Shown one piece after another: positions 1-12,537 of a stretch of DNA of 64,000 nt. A program made the translations under genes and the position numbers. How positions within the stretch are numbered: the stretch's first letter is position 1; each line of letters starts with the position of its first letter. Below the pieces are notes generated by a model. The model was not told where the DNA came from, searched no databases, and saw nothing but the letters and a program-made list of their open reading frames with translations. Source of the DNA: Felis catus (taxonomy: Eukaryota); assembly GCF_018350175.1 (NCBI RefSeq), contig NC_058373.1, forward strand, positions 101,000,001 to 101,064,000. Reading direction: 5' to 3'.

Positions 1-50
1 TCTCTCTCTCTCTCTCTCAAAATAAATAGATAAACTTAAAAAAAATTTAA
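1..50 (+). mobile_element. Can-SINE 3' end (CT repeat + A-rich tail), cut by window edge
   Basis: (TC)n followed by caaaataaatagataaacttaaaaaaaa, as in the other Can-SINE tails here. Confidence 0.85.
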
Positions 51-92
51 ATTAGGTGGAAGACTCATAGCTATCCTCTGATGTAATTAGAC

Positions 93-272
93 TAGCACCG
101 TCCAATAGAACTTTCTGCAAGGCTGAGGATGTTTTGCACTGAGCCATGGAAAAGCCTAGCCACATGTGGCTATTGAGCACTCGAAATGTGGCTAATGTGA
201 CTGGGAAGCTAAATTTCAACTTTAGCTAATTTAAATGGGCACACATCTTTAGTGGTGCTGTGTTGGACAGAA
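93..272 (+). mobile_element. MER3-like hAT-Charlie MITE
   Basis: gtccaatagaactttctgc...agccacatgtggctattgagcactcgaaatgtggcta...ttggacag matches recalled MER3 consensus. Confidence 0.8.
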
Positions 273-520
273 AAAGATTATTCTGTAAGTCCATGAGGGA
301 CACAGATCAGGTTGGTCCTGCAATATTCCCAGTACTGAGGGGGGGTGGGGTTTCTACCTTCATTGTAAGTTCTTAATAAGTATTTGGTGTGTGAAAGCAT
401 AAATCTGATCATGGTCCATCCTTCTTTAGCACCCTCAGGTGCTTCTCCCAACCTGGGAACTCCAACTCCTGGCAGACCCCTCAGCTCCATCTACCTTCTG
501 CTCCAGGATGTCCAATTTTT

Positions 521-745
521 ATTTTTATTATTTGCATTTATTTTTAATGTTTATTTATTTTTGAGAGAGACAGCGTGCAAGAGAGCAGGGGAGGGGAGGA
601 GGGAGAGGGAGACAGAGGATCCCAAGCCGACTCTGTGCTGACAGCAGAGAGCCCCATGCAGGGCTTGAACTCACAGACCAAACCACAAGATCATGGCCTG
701 AGCTGAAGTCCGATGCTTTACGGACTGAGCTACCCAGGCACCCCC
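521..745 (-). mobile_element. Can-SINE
   Basis: T-rich tail, GA repeat, tRNA-like head ending ccaggcaccccc; TSD atgtccaattttta on both sides. Confidence 0.95.
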
Positions 746-789
746 AGCATGTCCAATTTTTAAATCTATCCTTTGACTTGTCCTCATCT

Positions 790-950
790 TCCTGTCTCTG
801 TGCTTTTGTGTGTGAAGTTTCCTTTGCCTGGAATGCTCTTCTCCCCACTTGCCATCTTGGCAGACCTCTGCTTATCTTTCATAACCGGAAAGTCTTCACC
901 AACTGGCCCAAATGGAGTTAATCACCCTCATCCCTTGGTTCCCATGGTAG
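790..950 (+). mobile_element. L2 fragment
   Basis: ttcctttgcctggaatgctcttctcccc is typical of the L2 3' region. Confidence 0.55.
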
Positions 951-969
951 TGCAGTATAAATGTCAGAG

Positions 970-1400
970 CGCAGATGTCTTAGGGCAGACTCAGATCTGT
1001 GTGTAAATGTTTGTAAGGAAATTCCCAGGGGAAACTAGGAAAGGTGTGGGTGGGGGGTGGAGGGCAGGGGGGGGAGGAAGCCAAGTAACTGTGCAGTCAT
1101 GAAGTCCAACCAAAGATCCAATTTGCCCCATCTGCAGGCAGATTCAGGAACTCTATAAATCAAGTGTCAGTGTTTTCCTGACCATGGCAAAGGAACTAGT
1201 GTGTTCGAACTCTCACTTCCATCAGTTACTGGCTAAGGACCACCCAGGGAACATGCACTCCCAGACACTGGCCTCTCCATTTGTGTGGGTACAGGAGACT
1301 CAGAAGATAGTTCCCCAGGAAAGAGGGCAGGTTCTGGCTGTAGGAAGTTTTCTGTCTCATGGGATCGATGGGGCAGGCAGCACAAAAGTAGTGGAAAAGG
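970..1400 (-). mobile_element. Old ERVL-class LTR (LTR16/LTR33-like)
   Basis: Degenerate similarity to recalled LTR33/LTR16 (tcccaggggaaactagga, catcagttactggctaagg). Confidence 0.4.
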
Positions 1401-2159
1401 ATCCTGAAGGATTTTTGGGCAGAAACATGAACATTAGACATCCAATGATACCCTCTACAAGGGGTGTGAGAATTGAGTCTATATGGGTTGCAAACCCAGA
1501 TCAATCTTATCCTAGAAAAGTGGCTGGTTTCCAGTCTCTGTAAAATTCAGAAAATAGTTACATCTTACTTTCAGACTTAAGGTAACAGACTTAATTTAAC
1601 ATACTTAAATATGATAATATGTCTAAAGTATTTAGCATAGTTGGGGTTTACTAGCAAAAAGTCAAAAATTGCATCTGTTATTAAAACATAGCGCTTTATT
1701 GTGATTTCTGACAATAAAAGTGCTGTCTGGCAATAATGTGATATCTGATTCTTCCACTGGCTTTGAGATTCTCTAGGGCAATAATATGCCTCATTGATCT
1801 TTAAGTCACTGGCACTTAAGCCAATGCTTGACCCCGAGTAGATATCAGATCAATAGTTCTTGAGTAAATGAATGATATACTCAACTTTGAACCTAATCTT
1901 TCTTATCATCTCTGATGACATGTTACATTGAAAAAGCTCTATTCATGTGTCTCTTTTTCCCCTTAGGCCATAACGGTAGGGTTTCTTACCCTTTTTGATT
2001 CCTTTAAACGTAGCACAACCTGGCATATGGCAGTTGCTAGACAACTGTTTGTTGAACTGATGTTTGTTGGGTAAGAGTCCACAAAGTTCCAAGGGTAAGA
2101 GTATTATAAAGTGTTGTTTTCTTCATGTCAGAGTTTGTTTGCAGACTGTGATCTCAGAT

Positions 2160-3415
2160 CACTTATGGTTGAGTACAGAAAAACAAAACCCCTCTAGGTT
2201 TTTCAAAGAAGAATGTAATTTAATAGAGGGAATTAGGTGTTACAGTAGACAGAATTCCTAAAATGCTCCCGCAAAGATGTCTCACCCAACTCCCAGAAGC
2301 CACGAATATGCTGATGCATCACTCCTGTGACTATGTGATGTTATATGGCACTATTCCCAGTACCAAGGTGGGTTTTCTACCTTCATTGTAAGTTCTCAGT
2401 AAATACTTGTTGTGTGAAAATATAAATCTGATCATGGTCCATCCTTCCTTGGCACTCTTATTGCTTCTCCTGGCCCCTAAAGAGAGATTACCTGGGTGGG
2501 CCTAATCAAATCACACAAGCCCTTAAAATCAGGGAGCTTTGTCTGGCCGAGAGGAGAAAAGAGAATCAGAGTCCAAGTGTGAGGGGATTGGGTGTGATGG
2601 GTTCTGCTCTGGCTGCCATGTTGGGCAAAGGACTCAGTATGTCATTGTTGGTTTAAAAGTGGAGGATGCCACTTGGGGAAGGGTGTGCATGGCTTTAAGG
2701 AGATGGGAGACCCTTCTGTCTGACAGCCAGCAAACAATTGGGGACCTAAGTCCTCAAACCACAAGGAGATAAAGTCTGCCAGCATCCTGAATGAGTTTGC
2801 AAGTAGATTCTTCCCAGACCTTCCAGATAAGATCCCTGTCAACAGTTGACACCTTGATTTGAGCATGGTGAGACTTTGACCTAGAACCCTGTTGAGCCCA
2901 CCTGACTTCTGATCTACAGAACCATGAAGTAATAAACACGTGCTATTTCAGGCTGCTTTAAGTTTGTAGTAATTTGCTACACAGCGGTAGAAAACTAATA
3001 CCAGTGCTTTTTAGATTGCAGAAAAGCCTGGAGTCAAAAAAGTAAGGTGGGCTGCTCCTTGCTTTCAGGTTGCCATCACAGGCTTCCAGGTAGCTGTGGG
3101 AAATCACAACTGACCCACAACCCTGAAGCTGGGGCCTGGCAGTGAGAGAGACCAGCCAGCTGCCACGCTGGTCACATCTGCTAAAGCTCACATTGTCACC
3201 CTGGACCAGTGCTGAGAGAAGGATGGGGCTCTTGCTCTCTTCTGCCTTACAGATATCCCACGAATGAATTCTATTATTAAACATGTTATATCCAGAACAT
3301 TGGTGGAAACGAAGTTTGGGGACATGTGGCTCCCAGACATCTAGCACCCAAGATAAAGGGGAACCTATGAAAGGGGTCAGGATAATGCTGATTGACAACG
3401 AATGGTATCCAGTAT
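2160..3415 (-). mobile_element. Old MaLR LTR (MLT1M/N-like), interrupted by MLT1E
   Basis: aaaacccctctaggtttttcaaag...tttaatagagggaatt before the insertion, continuing after 3003. Confidence 0.5.
2241..3002 (+). mobile_element. MLT1E-family solo LTR (MaLR)
   Basis: Starts tacagtagacagaattcc, ends tagaaaactaatacc; internal ctgacagccagcaa and cctgaatgagtttgcaagtagattcttccc; degenerate TSD ggtgt/agtgc. Confidence 0.85.
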
Positions 3416-3444
3416 GGTTCTTCAAACTTTCAAGATCCCTTTAA

Positions 3445-3610
3445 ACCAGCCTTCCAGTAGGAGTTATTTTCATTTTACAGATCCAGAAAACTGAGGCTCC
3501 ATTGGGCTAAATATCTTGCCCCCAAATCTCCTCAATAGCAAGTAGCAAAACCGAGATTAGAACCCTGATCTGTTTCTCCCCAAATCCACATTTTCTCCCT
3601 CTGCCACTGA
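3445..3610 (-). mobile_element. MIR
   Basis: Core cattttacagatccagaaaactgaggct. Confidence 0.8.
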
Positions 3611-3684
3611 CGCTGGCCGTGAGGTGGAACTTACATGACTGGCTGACAGTTGGATTGTGGAGGCTCAACTGAGGAGGCGATAGA

Positions 3685-5038
3685 AGTGGTAGCAACTTCA
3701 TTTTATTTAAAAAAAACGTTTTCCTCAGGTTTCTGGCAAGGGCTGCTGTTAGTTGCTTGTTGGAACCCTCTCTAGCACTGTCTCCTCCCCCCTTGCTCTC
3801 ATCCAACCTTTCTCCTTGGCCCACAGTCTCTGAGTTTGGACACAGACCCTGCAACGTGTGCTCTACTTTCTGGGTCTATTTTGGTGAAGGGTCCTGCCTC
3901 CTTTCAAGGGGCTGTCCCTGCCGTCCTTTTGTTTTGTTTGCTGCACACAATTGGCCCTTCTTTTCCATGGTCAGGGTCTCTCTGCCTCTCCCCCACTGGG
4001 GGCTGGTGCTGGACCGAGGATCAGCATCAGGAAAAATATCCCCTCCAGAGGGGGGGCCATGGAGCATTTCCCCCGGTCGGCTCTATCTTTGCTGCATACC
4101 AATCCAATTACAAACAAATTGGCCCACAGGTTCAAGCATGAGAGTGATTTGGACTTCTCTCCTCCCTTGCTGACAGTTTTAAACCTGTTTTCTTTAAAAA
4201 CCCAACTCTGGGAAGAAAGTTTAGCACCCAAGCTCAAGAGAGGTGGGATGCAATCATCCCAGATATCAGGGTATAGTGAGGCTCAGAGAAGGAACTTTGA
4301 ATTCTATTTTTCAGGAATAATTGAAACAAAAAGAGGTTCCCGGGGATTTACCTGTGACTGCAGGTTGGCAGCAGGAGGCTGGTCTTTTCAGGTCTGACTT
4401 GACTGGCTCTCTGGGTTCCCTTCTTTACCCTGGGTGGCTGCTCTTTTCTCTCTGGACTTTTCCTCAATGATGAGAAATTCATTCCTAGGTTTCTGGGGTG
4501 GGGGGAGAAGGAATGCTTTCAATCGTCTTTACTATGCCATAAAAGACATGATTTTTTTTCAAGCATGTGTCAAAAGAGAAGTGCAGAGCCCACCTACTGA
4601 GCAAATTTGGGATCAGCCAGGCTTTCTTCACTCAAAAATCCCCTAGGAACACTGTCAGGAGAGAGACATGTGAAGGAATGTGCTCCCTCTGCCTTTTTAA
4701 AAATCCATTTAAACACACCTTAAATTAAAAACCCAACTTAACTAAAAAGAAAGCAGATATAAAGTTGTACATGTAGTTCAGTTTTTTTTTTCTTTGACCC
4801 CAAATTCCTCAGGCTGGGTTTTCCTGAAGTGGAGTTATCCTGGGCTGCATATTGACATCAGTCAAATAAAGGATGATCCTTCCTTCTGTTCCCTTGTCTT
4901 TTTGAGACAGATCACCTGTCACTTCCTATCAGCATACCAGTCACACTTCTCCTGTGAGGATCTGTGTGGAGTTTCTGGGGGAAGTCTAGCTCACTTGTGC
5001 TGAGATGCTCAGCTGGCAGGGAGCCCGAGACCACTCCA
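3685..5038 (-). other. Candidate 3' UTR of minus-strand gene
   Basis: ~1.35 kb with no recognisable TE, between TGA (5039-5041) and AATAAA. Confidence 0.4.
3702..3707 (-). promoter_or_regulatory. Candidate polyadenylation signal AATAAA
   Basis: tttatt on + strand at the distal end of a repeat-free block downstream of the candidate stop codon. Confidence 0.4.
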
Positions 5039-5217
5039 TCATCGCAGGTCACATCGGAAAGCCTCATCAGAACTGCTCTTCTCTTCAGAAAGATGTCTCA
5101 GAGGGTTTCCAGGGTGATTCAGAACATCCTCCTGAGATGCTGAGAGACTCAGGTCAGAGGATGCGTCTAGACGCAGGTATGTACTCTGCTGGAGACCTGG
5201 GTATGTATGCGCGTACT
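5039..5217 (-). CDS. Candidate terminal coding exon, unidentified protein: (E)YAHTYPGLQQSTYLRLDASSDLSLSASQEDVLNHPGNPLRHLSEEKSSSDEAFRCDLR*
   Basis: Pyrimidine-rich acceptor ...cccctccacccacccccgaacag|, open in phase 1 for 59 codons to TGA, frame-compatible with the 5452-5583 exon. Confidence 0.45.
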
Positions 5218-5451
5218 CTGTTCGGGGGTGGGTGGAGGGGGAAAGTCTATAGACCGGCTGGGGGAACCAACAGGTACAGCATGATTACAAGTCAGACAAA
5301 TATTATGACGGGGAGAAGGATGTGGTGAGGGCACAAAGAAAGGGTACATAACCTTCACAGAGCAGGAGGACCTTCCAGAAGAAATGGCAACGGTGCATAA
5401 GACTGCTAATGACATAGCCACAGTCTGTGTGATGAGACCTCAGAAACTGAC

Positions 5452-5583
5452 CTGAGAACAGAGGTGTGTGTCGCTGAGGGGAAACTTGCGGGGGGACTAC
5501 TTTCATTAGATCCACTTGGATGAACGGCAGCGGCCCCATAGCCATGCCCACGGATTCTGCAACTACACTTTGATGGCCTTTGA
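5452..5583 (-). CDS. Candidate internal exon (132 nt): KGHQSVVAESVGMAMGPLPFIQVDLMKVVPPQVSPQRHTPLFS
   Basis: Acceptor tcttcgtctcctatcttctcttgtatcttcaatgtaaag|, donor CAG|gtcagt, length a multiple of 3; the phase-2 frame is also open. Confidence 0.45.
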
Positions 5584-7229
5584 CTTTACATTGAAGATAC
5601 AAGAGAAGATAGGAGACGAAGATGACTCCTCCCTCAGTTTAGTTACAGCACCTGCCTCACCTCTTCTGAGCTTCCAGCCCTTGGGTCGCAATGAAAAAGA
5701 AGATGCAGGGATCATCCTGTTCAACTGTCAAGTTTGGGGGTGAATGAAATATCCATAAGGGATCTCCCAGAAGCCAGAAAACTCATATTTACTTTCAACC
5801 AGGGAGAATTTGAACCTATGTCTCCAGACTTAAAAGTCTAGGATATTAATTCATTGTGACATCTGGTCCTTCTCTTCGATATTTTAAAAATAGGCTAGAA
5901 ACAGAATTGTGAATCCATGCTCCAAAGCGCTCCACTCAGATTCTGGGAAAGAATGCAACTCTGAGTTTATCTTGTTTATCCAACTAGTCTCTGGTCATTT
6001 GTGTAACATGATATTTCTTCCATTGGATGCTGTAAGCCAATTTCTAGCACAAGGTTTCCATTTTGTTTTAATCATCCATGAAAGAAAAGAATGTGGGAAT
6101 GTCTGTGTTGCCATTTTCTAGGACTGTGGTGGCACCAGTAGCTGGCTGCTGGCTTCTAGTCTTTGCTGCAGCCACTTGAGAATGTGAGATTCTCTACGAA
6201 TCCTAGAATTTTGGAACTAGAAAGAAAATTTAGCAGTACGTAACAAGAACCATAAAGATGCTCATACCTTTTATTCCAGTCAACCCACCCTAATGAATTT
6301 CAAAGAAATATCACTCACCAGACCTGCAAATATGCATTTTCAAAGATGTTCACTCTAGATTTTTTTTTTGTAGTAAAAAAATGAGAAATCACCAAGATGT
6401 TCAACATTATGGACCTTGATTTAAACGTTGGGGTACATTAACTTCAAGGAATATTCTGCAGCCCTAAAATAATTATAAAGCTGCTTTACATTCACAAATG
6501 TCTATGGAAAGCCTACTATGTAGCTGTGCCCTAAGATAATAAAGAAATATGCAGACTTCAAATCTATGTTCCCTGTGACCTTGGCTATGTGAAAGACATA
6601 CACGTACAGAAGAAAATTTGCAGAAATGTTATTAGTTGGCAAAGTAATGAATACTTTACAAGTGCTTTTGAAGAAAAATTTGTTACATTGTCTTGTGTCA
6701 ATTAATATGTCCTCCTATCATAAGGTGGACAGATAGGAGGACAGAAGGTGCTACTAGCTTTGGGAAAGACTTCTGAGAGGTAAGAGTGAACATTCATTCA
6801 TTCATTCGTGGTACATATATTTGAGCAACTACTGCATGCTAAAAAATACAGCAGTGATTAAGACAGAGACATAATCCTCACAAGTGTTAGGTCTGTGTTT
6901 TACTTTTATTAATATTTATTTAATGAATATTTGAATCTGAAAAGTAACCTTATAATAATCTATGCTAGTTTCCATCTTTCCTATCTTTTTCCTCCAAAAA
7001 ACACTTGTTGTCGAAGTAAGATTTAAGTTATGGAGACAGTAATTTGGCTGCAGTCACACAGCTTATTTGTAACAAGCCTGATATTAGAATCTGATTCTTG
7101 GGTTACCACCTCCCCTCCACATTTCTCTTATAATCAGTCTCTTAGAAACAAGTTGTTGGAATAACAATGGAAAGTCAGAAAGAGTCTTTAGAACCATGAT
7201 ATTGGGCAGAAAGCGAGAATGATCAAGAC

Positions 7230-7383
7230 CTGTGCGTCTCAAGCTTTATTGTATGTAAGAATTACCCAAGAGCCTTTGTCCAAGTGCAGAGTTTGAGTCT
7301 GTAGTCTAGGGTGGGGCTTGACATTCTATATTTCTCCTAAGCTTCTCGGTGATGCTGATAGTGCCTGTTCTTGAGTAGCAAGA
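7230..7383. mobile_element. MER5-family hAT MITE
   Basis: gtagtctagggtggggcttgacattctatatttctcctaagcttctcggtgatgctgat...tgagtagcaag. Confidence 0.7.
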
Positions 7384-7749
7384 ATGTGAGGATATAAGCT
7401 GTCCAAATATGGGTGAAATTTCAAGTTTAATCTATAGCCAGTGTTATTTCTAATTTTGTCCATGGGGAAGTATAGATGTCAATTTTTTACAAAGCCTAAG
7501 TTTACTGTTATTAACCACTGACGAGGTTTTCCTTTCCCTCTTAGCACTTGCTCTACATCTCAGTCTCTCTCATGCAGCAGGCCTGTGAAAGACAGGAAGA
7601 AAGAATATTCTAGAACCACATCACTATGGGATAATGGAATAGGAATTTATACTTGGGTCATTTGGCTCCCAAGCCCTTTCTCTTAACTGTTGTGATGCAT
7701 ATTCACATATGCATGATGTTTCCCCTTCACCTACCAGTCAAGGTCCAGG

Positions 7750-7972
7750 TCTTGGAGTCAAGATCAAAGTTGGGTCTGAAAGCTAACTAAGCACTTAGTA
7801 CTGAGGGCCAGTTACCTCATCTGTTGGTGTTTCTATTTCTTCATGTATAAATATAGCTAGTAGTAGCACCCATCTTATTAGCTGCTTGTGTAGATTAAAC
7901 AAGATAATGTACACAAATCACTGACCTCACTATCTGCATGGAGTGAATGCTCTATAAAGGTAGCTATTATTG
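7750..7972 (+). mobile_element. MIR
   Basis: ttggagtca...gattaaacaagataatgtac...aatgctctataaaggtagctattatt. Confidence 0.75.
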
Positions 7973-8057
7973 TATTGGTTGAGTCTGAATCTCATTCTGA
8001 ATTCTTCCAGAGGAGTTCACACAAACCTAGTGCTTGAGGCAGACAGGATATCAAATA

Positions 8058-8290
8058 CAGTAAAACCTTGGTTTTCAAGCATAATTGGCTCTGGAAACAT
8101 GCTTGTAATCCAAAGCACTTGTATATCAAAGTGAATTTCAAGAACCATTGGCTCAGTTGTGATCATGTCACGTTCTGTGTCAGGTACTACTCGTATTGCA
8201 AGACATTGCTCATTTATCAAGTTAAAATTTATTTTGCTCATCTTGTGGAACACTCACAGAACAAGTTACTCACAATCCAAGGTTTTACTG
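8058..8290. mobile_element. Tc1/mariner (Tigger-like) MITE, 233 bp
   Basis: Perfect 14-bp TIRs cagtaaaaccttgg / ccaaggttttactg with TA on both sides. Confidence 0.9.
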
Positions 8291-8292
8291 TA

Positions 8293-8675
8293 ATGTATTT
8301 ATTTAAAATTTAATATTTAATTGAGCATACTCTAAATATAAAAATGTAAATATATGAATAAAATGCTAAGTAAATAATAATGAAACATAAATAAAGCATA
8401 AATATATACTTATATAAACACATAGATATACTTAAATAATATCTAATGTATTTCATTAATTAAAATATTTATACAAAAGTATATAAATATGTGGACAAAA
8501 TGCAATTTAGAGAAATAATGTATATAAGTATATGAAGTTTAAATACTGTGAATATATTATAAAAATGTAGTGTAGTTTAAATAATTTAAATTCCAGTAAT
8601 ACATATAGTAAAATAAATATATCAATACTATTTCATATATGCTATATAAATGTTATATTTGTATATATATGAATG
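8293..8675. repeat. AT-rich low-complexity tract
   Basis: Degenerate (TA)/(TAAA)-rich sequence. Confidence 0.8.
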
Positions 8676-8679
8676 TGAC

Positions 8680-8985
8680 AGGTGCTAATGCACAAAGGTT
8701 TTTGAATATGAATACTATGACAACACAGAAGATAGTAACTTGCTTTCTGGGATGATGGGGGAGATAACTTTTGAGCTTAGTCTGGAAGGATAAGTTTGAG
8801 GTTGGGAAAAAGCACTTCAGGCTGAGGGTTTGGGGTAAAGAGGGCAGCAGGCAATAAGGCTGTAATGAAGATTGTTGCTGGTTTATAAAGAGCCCCTAAA
8901 TCATAGCCCTGATCTGTAGACTGTGGGGGGGCCATGGGAAGGTGGTTTTGAGCAGGCCAGTCATGTGATTAGATGTGTCTTTAAG
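8680..8985 (-). mobile_element. L2 fragment
   Basis: ttttgagcttagtctggaaggataagt; ggccatgggaaggtggttttgagcagg...gtgattagatgtgtctttaag. Confidence 0.6.
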
Positions 8986-10344
8986 TCTGTGGGGTGGACA
9001 ACTTGGTTAGAAATACGTTGGCCTGCTCTCTGCTTTTTTCAGGAGTCTACACTGTTTCCCAAGCATCATCAAACCTTGCAATAGTCTTTCAAATCTGCCC
9101 TAGCCATTGAAAAGGTAAGGGGGAAACATCACTGTGTAACTGGGTATTTTCTAATCCTTGTGCCTCTGTGTACTAAAATTTCACTTTCAATGGTAAGGTT
9201 TGAGGCATTTTCCCTGAAGAGGAAAGAATTATTGATGCAAAAGATGTTACTGAAAGGGAAAATAATCAGATGGGAAAAAAAAGGGGTGAACACAGAGAAA
9301 TGCCTTACTCCTGTTCCTACTGTTAACTTCTAATTTCTTATCCTTGGAGATACTTCCTCTTAACTTGACCTTAAAAAGAATGAACTCTGAATGTCACAGG
9401 AGTCCTTGTGATCGATCGCCAGGTAAAGACCAAAGGTAGAATTCTGTGATGGTGGAGGGGAATTTTAATTCTCTTCCTTCATCAGTAGCTAACTTAGGTG
9501 GTTAGAGAAGGAAAGGAAATGTTTCCTTAAAAAGGAAACATTCTAAAATTAGAATCTGATGCAACCTCTCATATCATTCCCAAACAGAATCATTTTACTG
9601 GCTATTTGTTGGCAATCAGATGCATAGATCTGCATATTTTTATTGGCCTTTGCCACAGAAATAGCATCTCAAAGTCTTTTCCCATACGTATCACACAAAA
9701 ATAAATGATAATTCTATTTGACAGTTCCTTTCATCTAAGGATCTTAATCACCCAAACATTCCTTAATAAAAACTTGCAACACCCTGTGAGGGAGGTAAAT
9801 ATTAGTGTGCTATTTTATGAATGAGGAAGATGGTTAATAAGGAGATTAAGCTATTTGCCTATAACGAGGTAAGTTTGTAGATATGGAGTCAAATTTCCAC
9901 CCTCTGCGAGGAACTCGATAATTGTTAAACTAAGACAAAGACTTTACTTATCCTTTAAAAAAGATTGAGCAAAATTGAAACCTGGCTTTTTTGTTCCCAA
10001 GTTACTAGACTTCATCCCCAAACAATGAGAATACATTTTTCAAAAAGAGAGAGGCTCATATTTACAGGTATGAATTCATTTCTCCATTGCTTTACAGAAC
10101 CTTAAGACTGTAGCATGTTGTTCCCTAAACAACCTGTAACTGAATCACAATCTTTTCAAAGAAGGTGTGGAATTTGTTATTATGTAGTATAATCTTTGTC
10201 TTCCAAATCTATCCTACATTTAGATCTATGTCTTCTTGTAAAATGCTCCTAACATAGTACTTCGCTGCCTTAGATAAGAATAATTTCATACTACTTATTA
10301 GGATGTAGAGTTCTGGTGTGTTTTCTCTACTAATCCCAGATATA

Positions 10345-10575
10345 TTTTATTGAGCACTTATTAAGTGACATACTCTTTGCTAAAGGCTCAACATAATTCA
10401 CATTTATTCTTTCAACACTGTGAAAGAGTGTTGACATATGAGAATCTATCCCCATTTGACTCATGAGAATCTGAAGCTTCAAGGAAATTGGCTCAGTCAG
10501 GGTAACACAGCCAGGAGGTAGTAAAGCATGGAATCTCCCCAGATTGTCTGACCCCAGGACCCAACCATTTCCAAT
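10345..10575 (-). mobile_element. MIR
   Basis: ttattgagcacttattaagtg...ccccatttgactcatgagaatctgaagct. Confidence 0.7.
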
Positions 10576-12462
10576 ATTGGATCATAAGCAACACCTTCAG
10601 CTCAGTAGAATTCTTTCCTAAGGAATAATAGAAGTTTAATGTCTGGTTTTTTTTTTCTGTGCTTTAGAAAATGAGCTTGAACATTTGACACACTTTGTTT
10701 ACCTGCAGTAGAAATTTGTAAAATGGTTCCTGCTATAGGTCCAGATATAGAATTTGTAGGAGACCTGACAGTGACTATAATAAAGCATTAATCTTTAGAA
10801 TGTTTCCTCGATCCTCAGAGTTCTCATTATCCTTCACAGAATGGGTTAAGTATTCTACTTTTTACCAGTACCTTCTGTCTTCTCAGCCACACCCAGCGTC
10901 TCCTCCAGGATACATACTTGGGGTTGGTTGTCAAAAGTTCATTTTGTTGTTTCAAAGCCTTTTTCTGTCTGATACTCAATTTTAGTTCCCTTTCCTTTTT
11001 TGTTTCCTTTATGAAAAGTTGGCAATACCTGAAACTCTATTCTCTCCTGATTATAACGGCATTCCTACTCTATTACTATCTACCTCTTTGGTGCTGTGGG
11101 GGACTTTTTTAAAGGTTGTTTGTTTTGCTGAAGGACTGGTAAATGATGTGTTTCAGAAGTGACATTTTGACTTGCTGAGGCCAGACAATCTGGACATGGG
11201 CAGACTTTCTAGAAATCCCACGTCTTTCTGTATTTCAATGCTGTCATCTTAAACACAGCATCTGTAGCATAAAACTGCCAAAGGGGGTCGTATTTTTATT
11301 TTTTTACCAATAATTCTAGGTGACCTGCTTTTGCCCAGATCCAACAACTTGGGTTATTTACCGACTTTTCTATTAAATCGAGCCATTCCTTCTGAACACC
11401 AGAGATCTGATGTAGCAGATAAAATATCTCTGTGGCACTGCCACTTACAAATGTATACACGTGCTACTTCCAGAAAATGATCTTCCTGAAGAACAAGATG
11501 AAAATTTAATGGCAGCTTTAATCTTAACCTCAGACCCTTGCAATATTACACTAGCAAAAAAGAATTCACCAACAGCTGCGTGTTGGAGAGACCAAGGGAC
11601 TGATTAAATCCGTCACATGGACAACAAGTAACTCTTTGAGTGGTAGGTGTGCACTATGGCTTCCAGTAAGTCTGTTACCAGATGAGGCAACTTCAAAGAT
11701 AGTGGTGGGTTGTGCAGAGGATAGTAGGAGGTGGGGAAGGGCCAAAGCTTCAAAGAACGTTGAGGGTGGGTTGTTTGGTTTTTTTGGTTTTTTTGGTTTG
11801 GTTTTAGCATTTCAATTCATTGCATGCAAAAATAGTTTGAGGTATGTTGATAATGACCTAACACTTATTTTCAGTTTTGTGACAGTAGTATACAAAGATT
11901 AAATAAATACTGCAAATTAATTGCATTTATATTTTAAACAGAAGAGCCCTTCAAATGCAAATAGGAGACATCCTGTCTACAAGGATATTTAGCCAATTGC
12001 TTGATGCATGTGGTTACAAAGAGGCTTGAGTATTGTCCAAGAGGCACAGATGGGATGATTTAGGCACAAACAAGTTTTATTTTGTTACTTCTGTGCAAAC
12101 TCTTGGACATACCTGGCTTTATAAAAATTATATTCTTGGTTACATATGAAAAGTCTTAAATAGACATCAAGAAATTATATAGAAAGCAGTTTCTTGGCTA
12201 ATAACTGGGGTTATTAAACTTTAATATATTGCAGATCCATATTCTTTATAGATTTGTTATAATTTAGGAGTTAAATGTTGACAGTTCCTGGTTACAGAAC
12301 TTTTATTTAAGGTTTCTATCAGAATAACATTTCCCACCTGATTTGAAGCAGCAATTTCTAGGATTGTTTCTTTCTCTCTTTTTTTTTTATGCATATGTCT
12401 TGTGAATGTGCTAGATGATATTGTCAGCTAGAAGTATTTTTAATACTGGAAAACTCTCATAC

Positions 12463-12537
12463 CTGAGGTTTTTAAAAGTCTTTCCTGAGCCCTGCAAGTA
12501 CCCACTGAAGTGTCTGTTTCCCTCTTCTGGTTGGATG
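12463..12537 (-). CDS. Weak candidate exon (75 nt, phase 1-1): SNQKRETDTSVGTCRAQERLLKTS
   Basis: Donor CAG|gtatga, acceptor ttcctag|, symmetric and open; poor polypyrimidine tract. Confidence 0.2.

Noticed and set aside
3507..4397. Cluster of overlapping 60-150 aa ORFs on both strands
   Set aside because: No recognisable domains, mostly non-ATG starts; better explained as UTR or non-coding sequence
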